A DNA stretch of 64,000 nucleotides, taken from contig JAHIOQ010000051.1 of the NCBI GenBank assembly GCA_018895275.1, forward strand, positions 46,409-110,408, read 5' to 3'. Below are positions 22,266 through 31,064 of the stretch, piece by piece (the stretch's first letter is position 1; each line of letters begins with the position of its first letter). The DNA is from Candidatus Omnitrophota bacterium. GTDB lineage: Bacteria > Omnitrophota > Gorgyraeia > B26-G9. The position numbers and the translations under genes were made by a program. The notes beneath the pieces were generated by a model. The model was not told the origin of the DNA, ran no database searches, and saw nothing but the letters and a program-made list of their open reading frames with translations.

Positions 22266-23623
22266 AAAATTTTACACGCCGTAATAAACCGCCGAAAGTT
22301 TCCAATTGACCGCAGCCTTTTCCAAACATAGCCGGGACGAAAATAGAATTCGCGGACTGCCTGGTTTCGCATTAGCCATATCTTCTGCCTGCTCAAAAAT
22401 TCATTCCCCAGCACCGGAAACTTTGTGCGGTCAAAGGAATAATTGTCCTTTAGATGCGGATTCGCCTCCTCCAAGCGGCCGCGCAGCGCTGAACCGAAAT
22501 CCGGCACAAACACGGAGAATGCCGCGTAATCGCAGTCAAGCTCGCGGGCAAAGCCGATTGTCTGCCGCATGCTCGCCTCGTCTTCTCCCGGCAGGCCGAT
22601 TATAAAGAATCCGATCGTTTCGATGCCTTCTTTTTTGCAAAGTGAAAAGGCCTGTTTTACCGCACTGTTTTTTATCGGCTTTGCCAAGGCCCGCAATACG
22701 GTTTCATTCTTTGATTCCACGCCGAACTGTATCGTATGACATCCCGCCCGTTTCATAAGCCCTGCTAATTGCGCGTCAAAACAATCTGCCCGTGTCAAAC
22801 AATCCCAGCTTAGGTTGGTTTTTTCTTTAATCATCGCCCGGCAGATTTCCGCCGCATGCTCCCGGTCGGCGGTAAACGTAAAATCGGGGAAATGGATTTC
22901 GCTTATGCCCGCCCTGCGCAGCGCGATTAATTCCTCCAGGACATCGCCCCGGTTACGCAAACGAAAAGGCACGCCGGCACTCGAACAAAAACGGCATGCG
23001 TAGGGACAGCCGCTGCTGATAATCGCGCAGGTAAACGGAAACCTTCTTGCCTGCGGAGTACGGTAAGCGCGTAAAGGAAAAAGCTCATGGCGCGGCATTG
23101 GATAGGAAAACTCTTTCCCAGACATATCCCGTGCATTGTTAATAACAACACGCCGGCCGCGGCGGTAACCTAATCCGGGATAATCAGTGCACGGCCCCTG
23201 CACGAGGAAATCAATAATCCCTTTTTGCGTATAGTCAAGGATTAGCGCATCCAGAAAATCAAACCTTTCCAGAAAATCAGCGGGCTTCTCGCGCAAAAAC
23301 CCTCCGTTCGCGATCATCAGCGGCCCGCCATCGCTTTTTATTTTAGCGAATAAGGCAAAATCCTCATCCCGGCTTGCCGAAGAGGTAAGCGCGATAACCG
23401 CGTAAAAATCCCCCTCACGGATAATATCCAGGACGTGCTTCATCCCGTATCCCTGGACAATGGCATCGATAACCTTAATTTCGAAAACGTTATGCAGCAT
23501 ACCGCTTAAAACTAAAAGGTCAGCGGCCGGCCAGTAGTAATCGGCTTTTGCCGCGGAACTACAGTGCTGGTCGCGCAGATAACGGTTTCTGCCGGGAGGA
23601 TTTAAGAGAAGTATTTTTTTCAT
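22217..23623 (-). CDS. B12-binding domain-containing radical SAM protein (class B)
   Basis: It has the KKILLLNPP N-terminus and a SSGCPYACRFCSS cluster motif. It is the first gene of the minus-strand cluster, diverging from rpoN. Confidence 0.8.
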   Translation of the reverse strand: MKKILLLNPPGRNRYLRDQHCSSAAKADYYWPAADLLVLSGMLHNVFEIKVIDAIVQGYGMKHVLDIIREGDFYAVIALTSSASRDEDFALFAKIKSDGGPLMIANGGFLREKPADFLERFDFLDALILDYTQKGIIDFLVQGPCTDYPGLGYRRGRRVVINNARDMSGKEFSYPMPRHELFPLRAYRTPQARRFPFTCAIISSGCPYACRFCSSAGVPFRLRNRGDVLEELIALRRAGISEIHFPDFTFTADREHAAEICRAMIKEKTNLSWDCLTRADCFDAQLAGLMKRAGCHTIQFGVESKNETVLRALAKPIKNSAVKQAFSLCKKEGIETIGFFIIGLPGEDEASMRQTIGFARELDCDYAAFSVFVPDFGSALRGRLEEANPHLKDNYSFDRTKFPVLGNEFLSRQKIWLMRNQAVREFYFRPGYVWKRLRSIGNFRRFITACKIFWSLLFARKGRDRAMT

Positions 23624-23976
23624 CTCGCTAAGAGTATAACATAAGCGACCGTTGCGAGCAAACCCGGATACTTTCGGCGTGAAAGATTCCCGTAGCTCCT
23701 AAGAGCTATTTACCTTGCAAATTTATTGAGGAAAAATATAGTTGTTTGTTAATATTATTTCTTTTGACTGCCTCTTCTGTGTTTCCTGCTTGCTTTAACA
23801 TGGGACTTCATATATAATTAAATTAGTAATGGCACAATTTGCATGAAAATCACAATTTTCAAGCACCAAATTATGCCGTCACTATGGGATACCGAAGAAA
23901 TTTTTAAAAGAAGCGCTTCATTCGGGACAAATAGTTACCAAAACTAAATTTTCATTTAAATCCATACAGAGGTAAA

Positions 23977-25425
23977 ATGGCCTTTAAGCAGCGTTTGCTT
24001 CAAAAACAAATACAAAAAATGATTATGTCGGTTAAGATGCAGCAATCAATGCAGATACTGCAGCTGCCGATTGTCGAGATTGATCAGTTGATCGCGGAAG
24101 AAATAGCCTCCAATCCTCTACTGGAAGATAATTCGATATCCTTAAAAAATGACGCCGGGCCGGAACAAAGCCAAAACACGGACCCGGAGGCCGATTCCGA
24201 AGCAAAAATTCCCGACAATACCGTCTCGGAAACATCCCCCCTGGACTATGAAAAAAACAAAAATTTCGATTTGGACGAAAACATCTGGTCTTCAGACTTC
24301 ACGGATAGAAATAAGGTCGCCCAGGCGATAGAATCGCATAATTTTCAGGAAACGCTTATAACCAAGCCTTCCACGTTTCAGGAGGAACTTTTACTGCAAT
24401 TCCGTTTTATAAATGATGCCCCGGAAGACGTTGCCGTTGCCGAAGAAATCATCGGCAATATCGATGAAAACGGATATCTGGCGGCAAGCCTGGAAGAAAT
24501 CGCCGCTGCGATTGACTGCTCTATGGAAAAAACGGAAAAAATCCTAAAACAGATACAAAGCCTTGACCCCGCGGGTATCGGCGCGCGCGATTTAAAAGAA
24601 TGCCTGCTGATTCAGCTTCGCCGCCAGGGAAAATCCACTTCTATCGAGGCGGAAATCGTAGAAAAGTTCTTAAACGAATTGGCGGCAAAAAAATACGCGC
24701 TAATCAGCAAGGCCTTAAAAATTTCCCTGCCGCAGGTAAAAAAACACTCGGAACACATCAGCCGGCTGGACCCAAAACCCTGCCGTAATTATGCGCCCGG
24801 CACTTTAAGAATAGTGCCCGACGTAATTCTGGAGAAAACACCGGAGGGATACGAAATAATTATAAACACAAAAAATATCCCCGAACTTTCTATCAGCCAG
24901 ATGTACAAAAAGCTTATTAAGGACAAGGCCTGCCCGAAAGAAACGGTGCAATTCATAAAGGAAAAGCTCACCAGCGCGCAAAATCTTATTAACGGCCTGC
25001 AGCAGCGGCATCAGACCCTTGAAAAAGTAACCACCTGCATCTTTGAGTATCAGGATGAATTTCTTGAAAAGGGCTTAAATAGTATTAACCCCCTCACGCA
25101 CAAGGATGTCGCGGAAAAACTGGGGGTACACCCTTCGACTATCAGCAGAACCGTCGCGAATAAGTATATCCAAACGCCGTTTGGAACTTACGCGTTAAAG
25201 GTATTTTTCTCGCAGGCAATTCCCTCGGAAAAAGGCGGGATGTCAAACCAAAAGGTAAAGGCCGCCCTGGATGAAATCATTAAAACCGAACCCGATGATT
25301 CTCCCCTGAGAGACCAGGAGATTGTCGATATCCTAACGGGTAAAGGAATGCGCATTTCCCGGCGAACTGCGACAAAATACCGCAACGCGCTTAAGATACC
25401 TCCGGCGCATTTACGGCGAAAATAG
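23977..25425 (+). CDS. rpoN: RNA polymerase sigma-54 factor
   Basis: 482 aa. It has the glutamine-rich N-terminus MAFKQRLLQKQIQKM..MQQSMQILQL, a core-binding region, and a C-terminal HTH plus RpoN box (ISRRTATKYRNALKIP). Confidence 0.85.
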   Translation: MAFKQRLLQKQIQKMIMSVKMQQSMQILQLPIVEIDQLIAEEIASNPLLEDNSISLKNDAGPEQSQNTDPEADSEAKIPDNTVSETSPLDYEKNKNFDLDENIWSSDFTDRNKVAQAIESHNFQETLITKPSTFQEELLLQFRFINDAPEDVAVAEEIIGNIDENGYLAASLEEIAAAIDCSMEKTEKILKQIQSLDPAGIGARDLKECLLIQLRRQGKSTSIEAEIVEKFLNELAAKKYALISKALKISLPQVKKHSEHISRLDPKPCRNYAPGTLRIVPDVILEKTPEGYEIIINTKNIPELSISQMYKKLIKDKACPKETVQFIKEKLTSAQNLINGLQQRHQTLEKVTTCIFEYQDEFLEKGLNSINPLTHKDVAEKLGVHPSTISRTVANKYIQTPFGTYALKVFFSQAIPSEKGGMSNQKVKAALDEIIKTEPDDSPLRDQEIVDILTGKGMRISRRTATKYRNALKIPPAHLRRK

Positions 25426-26682
25426 CTTTTGCGTATTTGAACTTTTTGACCAGGAAACAGACGTATAGCGAGAATCTATATCGGCAATCTTTTCCTTTGT
25501 CAAACCGTCCGCGCTCATTATCCACAATTGAGCGGAATTGTCCTTATCATAAAGCGGCAATACATAACTAAGGTATTTACCCTTATCGATCCAGCAGGGA
25601 TTACCGCCTGCCGTGGCTACCTGTATCTCATTGCTGCCGTCGGCATCCATAATCGTTAATCCGTCCGATTCAAAAACAACTTTATTATACTGTGACCAGT
25701 CAAGCGCTCCTGTTTTCGGATTATCAAAGGATAGTTTTTTCAGTTCTGACGAATAGATATCTCCCACCCAGACATTTTCTTTCCCGCCGAAGGTGATCTT
25801 CACGCCGCCCGGCGACCAGGCAAAGTTGCTTTTACAGGTAAGGTCAGTGGTTGTCAGTTTACGCATATCCTTGCCGTCCCGGTTCATAATCCATATTTGC
25901 CCTGAACGCAGAAAAGCCAGGTATAATCCGTCCGGGGACCAGCGCAGAAAATCAATGGACATAGGTTCATAAAAAGCGGTTAACTGCTGCACGGCTTTTG
26001 TCTGCGGCTCTATCGTATAAACATTATCCGCGCCGGCATCATTCGTTCCGATAAAAGCAACCAGATCCATAACCGGATTATAAGCCGGGCGGCCGGATTT
26101 ATAGGTTTCATCATCATCAATAAGCTGAATTTTATCCCTGGCCGCGGCATCTATCTGCCACAGCTTGCCATCCCAATCATAAACGATACTACGTTTATCT
26201 ACCGACCAAACGGGATTGCGGCCATCCACCAGCATCCGCTCTACCCGCGCATTGATACTGACAATAATAATTTTACCATCGGCGCCCACGCAAAGCGCCT
26301 GGGCCGGTGTCGAAAAAGCGGTTATAACAAGGGGCGTTCCTCCCGCTGACTTTATCTGCGGTGAGCAGCTTACATAATAAGACGTCGAAGGCAGCAGCGG
26401 TTCGAGCGGCTTAAAAAACAGCGTATTTTCTTTCCAACAAAATTTCCCCTTAACTTCCGGGTAGACATAAAAATTCTTTTCCACGGACTTCTTATCCATC
26501 GCTGCGCTGAACGTCACGGAAATTTCCGTTAAAGTATCCACATTCTCCGCGCCGAATTCCGGAGAAACCGCGCTGATATGCGGAATATTTTCCTGCGCGG
26601 CCGCCGGCAATACTGCCGCAACAACAGCAATCAGCAATAACATACCCTTTAGAAAACAATCAAGAATTCTCACTGTTCTCAC
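25411..26682 (-). CDS. secreted protein with an N-terminal Ig-like domain and a TolB-like beta-propeller (PD40 repeats)
   Basis: It has a signal-peptide-like N-terminus. WSPDG-type repeats (LRWSPDGLYLAF, FAWSPGG) suggest a beta-propeller. Confidence 0.45.
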   Translation of the reverse strand: MRTVRILDCFLKGMLLLIAVVAAVLPAAAQENIPHISAVSPEFGAENVDTLTEISVTFSAAMDKKSVEKNFYVYPEVKGKFCWKENTLFFKPLEPLLPSTSYYVSCSPQIKSAGGTPLVITAFSTPAQALCVGADGKIIIVSINARVERMLVDGRNPVWSVDKRSIVYDWDGKLWQIDAAARDKIQLIDDDETYKSGRPAYNPVMDLVAFIGTNDAGADNVYTIEPQTKAVQQLTAFYEPMSIDFLRWSPDGLYLAFLRSGQIWIMNRDGKDMRKLTTTDLTCKSNFAWSPGGVKITFGGKENVWVGDIYSSELKKLSFDNPKTGALDWSQYNKVVFESDGLTIMDADGSNEIQVATAGGNPCWIDKGKYLSYVLPLYDKDNSAQLWIMSADGLTKEKIADIDSRYTSVSWSKSSNTQKLFSP

Positions 26683-26691
26683 CGTTTATGA

Positions 26692-28119
26692 TTAGTCAAG
26701 GGTGCGTACCTCCATAATATTTGATGAAAAAAGCATATTATCGCTTGTGAGCATAATCACAACACGCTCGTGCCTGGCTGCCAGCCTATGCGTCTTGACC
26801 AATTCCACGCACTGCCGCAGTGTTTTCGGCAGGTCCTTGAATCCTTCTATCTTTATCGGAAATACCCCCCAGAACAGGATTAATTTTTTGTACACGGCAT
26901 CCTCGGAGGTAATTGCCGCCACCGCGCATCCCGGACGCAGACGGCTTAACCAGGATAAAGAACCGGCATTAAGGGTCGGCACGATAATAACCTTCGCCTT
27001 TATATTTGCGGCTACTTTTACGGCAGACAGGCTGAATGCCTCCAGCAATCCTTCCTCCTGTAGCGCTAATACATCATTCTTTGCCTGACGTATCCGGTGC
27101 AACTCAGATTCGGCCTTTTCCGCGATACGCACCATCGCCAACAGTGCCTCAACAGGAAAATTTCCCATTGCCGTTTCCTCGGAAAGCATCAGCGCATCGG
27201 TGCCGTCTATTATCGCGTTTGCCACGTCCGAAACCTCTGCCCGCGTCGGCTGCGGAGAGTTCACCATGGATTCGAGCATCTGGGTGGCGGTAATAACCGG
27301 CCGGCCGTACCGATTGCATTTTTTTATCAGTTCTTTCTGCAAAAACGGCACCTCGGAATAATCCGCCTCAATCCCGAGATCCCCGCGGGCGACCATAACC
27401 GCGTCGCTGGCGCGGATAATCCCATCAATCTCCTGAAACGCGATTTTTCTCTCTATTTTAGCGATAACAAAGATATTTTTGTTTTTTCTTTTAAGGAAAT
27501 TCTTCACTTTTATAATATCCCCGGGCCGTTGCACAAAAGATACCGCCACGAAGTCCACCCCGTTTTCCATCCCAAAGCGCAGGCATTTCATATCAAAAGG
27601 CGTTACGGAGGCGGTACGCAATATCCTCGTCGGGCAATTCACTCCTTTTCGCGGGTATATCCTTCCGCCTGTAAGCACCTCGCAAAACACCTCTTCGCGA
27701 TTGCGCGAGACCACCACAAGCTTCACCAGTGCGTCATTGAGATAAACAATATCTTTTTTCTTTAAATCCCGCACAAAAGCCGGGTCGTTAATCCCTACCC
27801 CCGCGGCATCACCGGCGATGTTTTTTGAAGTCAGGAAAAACCGCTGTCCCTTCCGCAACTCGACAAAATCACTTTTCAGCAGGCCGATACGGATTTTCGG
27901 GCCGGGAAGATCCTGTAAGACAGCTACCGATGCCCGCAGTTTTAGCGCCAGGCCACGCACGTTTTTCATACTTGCCCCATGTTCGGCAAAAACCCCGTGG
28001 GAAAAATTAAATCTGGCAATATCCATTCCGCCAAGAATCATCTTCTTTATTGTATCGGCATTTTTACAGGCCGGGCCTATCGTACAAACAACCTTAGTTT
28101 TATTCCAATACTGTTTCAT
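26692..28119 (-). CDS. pyk: pyruvate kinase
   Basis: It has KTKVVCTIGPA, MDIARFNFSHG and MVARGDLGIE motifs. The start was set to the ATG at 28119 (MKQYWNKTKVV), which has a GGAGGAAAGA Shine-Dalgarno. This ATG overlaps the stop of the upstream PilZ gene (ATGA). Confidence 0.85.
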   Translation of the reverse strand: MKQYWNKTKVVCTIGPACKNADTIKKMILGGMDIARFNFSHGVFAEHGASMKNVRGLALKLRASVAVLQDLPGPKIRIGLLKSDFVELRKGQRFFLTSKNIAGDAAGVGINDPAFVRDLKKKDIVYLNDALVKLVVVSRNREEVFCEVLTGGRIYPRKGVNCPTRILRTASVTPFDMKCLRFGMENGVDFVAVSFVQRPGDIIKVKNFLKRKNKNIFVIAKIERKIAFQEIDGIIRASDAVMVARGDLGIEADYSEVPFLQKELIKKCNRYGRPVITATQMLESMVNSPQPTRAEVSDVANAIIDGTDALMLSEETAMGNFPVEALLAMVRIAEKAESELHRIRQAKNDVLALQEEGLLEAFSLSAVKVAANIKAKVIIVPTLNAGSLSWLSRLRPGCAVAAITSEDAVYKKLILFWGVFPIKIEGFKDLPKTLRQCVELVKTHRLAARHERVVIMLTSDNMLFSSNIMEVRTLD

Positions 28120-28478
28120 TCTTTCCTCCGGTACGATCGCCAATGCTCATAGGCAAACTCCATCAGGCGGTATCTATCCTCCGGATTTATCTCCAGAACC
28201 TTGATGCCTGCGTCAAAGTCATAAGTCCATTCCTTGCTGCTTTTCGTTATCCAGACGACCTTGCCTTTCATAAACGTGGGAATTATACTTCCCGGCAGCC
28301 ATATCTCCAACTTAAGTATTTTGCCGTTTTCGACGATTCTGTTCAAAGAGGCCTTCAGCCCTTCTTTGCTGAAATTAGTAAGCATTATCAAACCGTTAAT
28401 CCCGTCATCGGTCGCAAAAGTGCCTTCAAGAAACCCGCTCAGCCGCAAATACTTTCTCTTATCCGCATGTTCATCCAT
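28116..28478 (-). CDS. PilZ domain protein (c-di-GMP binding)
   Basis: 120 aa. It has the RxxxR motif (DKRKYLRL) and a D/NxSxxG motif (LTNFSKEGLKA). It has an AAGGAGG Shine-Dalgarno, and its stop overlaps the pyk start. Confidence 0.65.
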   Translation of the reverse strand: MDEHADKRKYLRLSGFLEGTFATDDGINGLIMLTNFSKEGLKASLNRIVENGKILKLEIWLPGSIIPTFMKGKVVWITKSSKEWTYDFDAGIKVLEINPEDRYRLMEFAYEHWRSYRRKE

Positions 28479-28507
28479 TATCCGCCTCCTTAACCTAATA
28501 TCCTTTA

Positions 28508-28567
28508 GCCACTAAGACACTAAATTACAAAATATTTATTTTCTTCGTGCCTTGGTGTCTTCGTGGC
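28508..28567. promoter_or_regulatory. inverted pair of the 13-nt motif GCCACTAAGACAC / GTGTCTTCGTGGC, about 30 nt upstream of PilZ
   Basis: Motif at 28508-28520 and its near-perfect reverse complement at 28555-28567. The same motif recurs at six or more other intergenic sites. Confidence 0.4.
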
Positions 28568-28654
28568 AAATTTATTCGCCAAAAGTCAAAAGTATTTTAT
28601 TTATTTTATCACAACCATCTTAAAAATAAAAGCTTTTGAAAGTGAACAGCCTTA

Positions 28655-30334
28655 CTACATCTCCAGATCCTTCAATGCCCGCGTCCCGGCCGACAAGGAC
28701 ACCCCGATTGTAATTATGCTCAAAAAAACAATAAATATCGCGGCATAAACTATAAGCTTTTTAAATAAAACCTCCGTTATTTGTTCCGTGATAAATAGAT
28801 GGAAAGGCAAAGCCAGCGCCGTAACGTTGACCGCTATATACAATAAGCACAATACCAAGGTTAAAGTTCCGCCGAATCCGGAAACAATCTGCGCCGGGTT
28901 ATCCTCCTTAAAATTCGGGAATAACGCCCCCAGCCCCGTACATAAACTAATCAAGGAAAAACACATTACCACCACGACCATCACGGACAACCACATAAGT
29001 TCAGGTGAAACGGACAGCATGGAATTAGACAGGAGAATCAAAGGCAGGCTTATACATAAAGCCGCAATGCTGTTAAACCAAAACTTTTCAAACAAAATAT
29101 CCCGCTTTTCCAAGGGCGCCAGGCCCAAAATCCAAAAACGCTTTCCCTCCAGACTGATTTGCGGAAAAACAAATCGCACGGATAAAGACGCTAAGGTCAA
29201 ATTAGTTGAGGATAGATTAAGAAAACAAATTATATTTTTCCAGAACGGAAGCACCTGCTCATAGCCTAAATTACGGATATTGGCAAAATAAATCGCCAGC
29301 AGCCCGAAAAATACCGTAAACTGCGACCATTGCACCGGGTCCCGCCAGAAAATCTTTATATCCTTAACCACCAAAGCTTGCGTTGCCAAAGGTAAAAAGC
29401 GCAGGCCGCGGCAGAATTTCGAGATTATATCCTTCTGCGGCAAAAATTCCCGCATCGTTCCGGAAGAACCGCTTCTAAGCCACCCTTCATAATAAAGCCT
29501 CCTCGCGAAAGCAATCCCGATATAGCTGAAAAAAAGCGCGTTACTCAGCAGCAAGAGCCACCAAAAAAGGCTTTCTACATAGAGGCCGGCAATAAATTTC
29601 ATAATTCCTTCGCTGATCCAGAAATTCGGAGCAAAAGCAAATTGGGAGAACCCAAAATGAGGGATAAAGTTAGTAAGCAGGAAAGACACCTCATTTTCCG
29701 ACTGAGAAACCGACCTCCCGGCAAGAAAGAGCCAAACGCACCCGGCAAAAAACAACCCGCTGACCGTCCAGCCGAGGACCTGATAAAATCTGCGCGGCAG
29801 GAATCGGATCAGCAATAAGGTAATTAAACAGCCGATTGCCGCGGCGATAACCGCGAACGGTACAAAAAAAACCAGTAAAAATACGTAAAACGTCCACTCC
29901 AGCTCTTTCACAAAAGCGTAAGCGCTGAGAATCGGCAATAAAAAACATAAAAACGTCCAGGAACTGAGGAAAATCGAATCGATAAATTTTATAAAGTATA
30001 TTTGCGCGTATTCCAACGGCAGGCTGAAAAAAAATGTGGTTTCCCGGGCGCGGTAACCGGTTGAATAACAGATAATACAATTGGAAAAGATAAGCATCAC
30101 AAACAGTCCCATGAAAAACAGATAAAGCAGCCGGTCGACAATTACCAATCCCAGGCTGCCCATAGATTCAAGAAACAAAAACGCGCGGTACGGCACATAA
30201 AACGCAGCGCTAATCAGGCCGATAAATACCAGCCACACGATAAAAATTTTAAGCCGGGAATGCTTCTTTATTCCGGCCAGCCTGTTTTTTACCGCTGATA
30301 CGCGGGCTCTAAATACCTGTTCCACCGCAGCCAT
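28655..30334 (-). CDS. ABC exporter permease (large ABC-2 type, about 12 TM)
   Basis: 559 aa and hydrophobic throughout. It lies immediately downstream of, and 1 nt from, the ABC ATPase gene. Confidence 0.55.
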   Translation of the reverse strand: MAAVEQVFRARVSAVKNRLAGIKKHSRLKIFIVWLVFIGLISAAFYVPYRAFLFLESMGSLGLVIVDRLLYLFFMGLFVMLIFSNCIICYSTGYRARETTFFFSLPLEYAQIYFIKFIDSIFLSSWTFLCFLLPILSAYAFVKELEWTFYVFLLVFFVPFAVIAAAIGCLITLLLIRFLPRRFYQVLGWTVSGLFFAGCVWLFLAGRSVSQSENEVSFLLTNFIPHFGFSQFAFAPNFWISEGIMKFIAGLYVESLFWWLLLLSNALFFSYIGIAFARRLYYEGWLRSGSSGTMREFLPQKDIISKFCRGLRFLPLATQALVVKDIKIFWRDPVQWSQFTVFFGLLAIYFANIRNLGYEQVLPFWKNIICFLNLSSTNLTLASLSVRFVFPQISLEGKRFWILGLAPLEKRDILFEKFWFNSIAALCISLPLILLSNSMLSVSPELMWLSVMVVVVMCFSLISLCTGLGALFPNFKEDNPAQIVSGFGGTLTLVLCLLYIAVNVTALALPFHLFITEQITEVLFKKLIVYAAIFIVFLSIITIGVSLSAGTRALKDLEM

Positions 30335-30335
30335 T

Positions 30336-31064
30336 TCAAGATTCCTCTTCGGTTAGGCGCAGGAAGACATCTTCCAATTTTCCGTGTACGCCTGAGGACA
30401 CCTTTAATTCCTCCAGGGTTCCCACGGCAATAAGCCGGCCTTTATCGATGATTCCGATGCGGTCGGCGATTTCCTCGGCAACATTCAGCGTATGCGTGGA
30501 CAAGAATATCGTTACCCCCTGCCTTGACTTCTGTTTCAGGATATCCTTTACGATACGGCTTGAATGCGGGTCCAATCCGACCATCGGCTCATCGATAATC
30601 ATCACCTTAGGTTCATGCAAAAGCGCCGCGGCAAATACCAGCTTCTGCCGCATGCCGTGAGAATAATTTTCGATCAGGTGATATTTATGATTATCGAGCC
30701 CGAATTGAAAGAGAAGTTCATCCTTCATTTTCATTTGTTTTTCCCGGTTCGAACTAGGATAAAGGTTCAGGACAAAATCCAGGAACTCCGCCCCCGTCAG
30801 CTTGTCGTAAAGAAAAGGAGCATCCGGGATATAGCTCAAAAGCGTTTTTGCTTTCAGATAATCCCTTTGGATATCATACCCGCACAGCTGCGCGCGGCCC
30901 TGTGTCGGCTTTAACAGCCCGACAAGCGTCTTAATCGTCGTCGTCTTGCCCGCGGCATTCGGCCCTAAAAAAGCGAAAAACTCTCCCGTGCCTATTTCCA
31001 GATTAAGCGCATCAACCGCGACCAGCTCCCCAAACCGTTTCGTAAGATTTTCAATCAGGATCAT
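30336..31064 (-). CDS. ABC transporter ATP-binding protein
   Basis: It has Walker A GPNAAGKTTTIKTL, the signature-like YSHGMRQKL and Walker B VMIIDEP. Confidence 0.85.
   Translation of the reverse strand: MILIENLTKRFGELVAVDALNLEIGTGEFFAFLGPNAAGKTTTIKTLVGLLKPTQGRAQLCGYDIQRDYLKAKTLLSYIPDAPFLYDKLTGAEFLDFVLNLYPSSNREKQMKMKDELLFQFGLDNHKYHLIENYSHGMRQKLVFAAALLHEPKVMIIDEPMVGLDPHSSRIVKDILKQKSRQGVTIFLSTHTLNVAEEIADRIGIIDKGRLIAVGTLEELKVSSGVHGKLEDVFLRLTEEES

Noticed and set aside
23826-23846. Possible sigma-54 promoter TGGCACAATTTGCA upstream of rpoN
   Set aside because: The GG to GC spacing is 8 nt instead of the required 10 (TGGCAC-N3-TTGCA rather than TGGCACG-N4-TTGC), so it does not fit the -24/-12 architecture.
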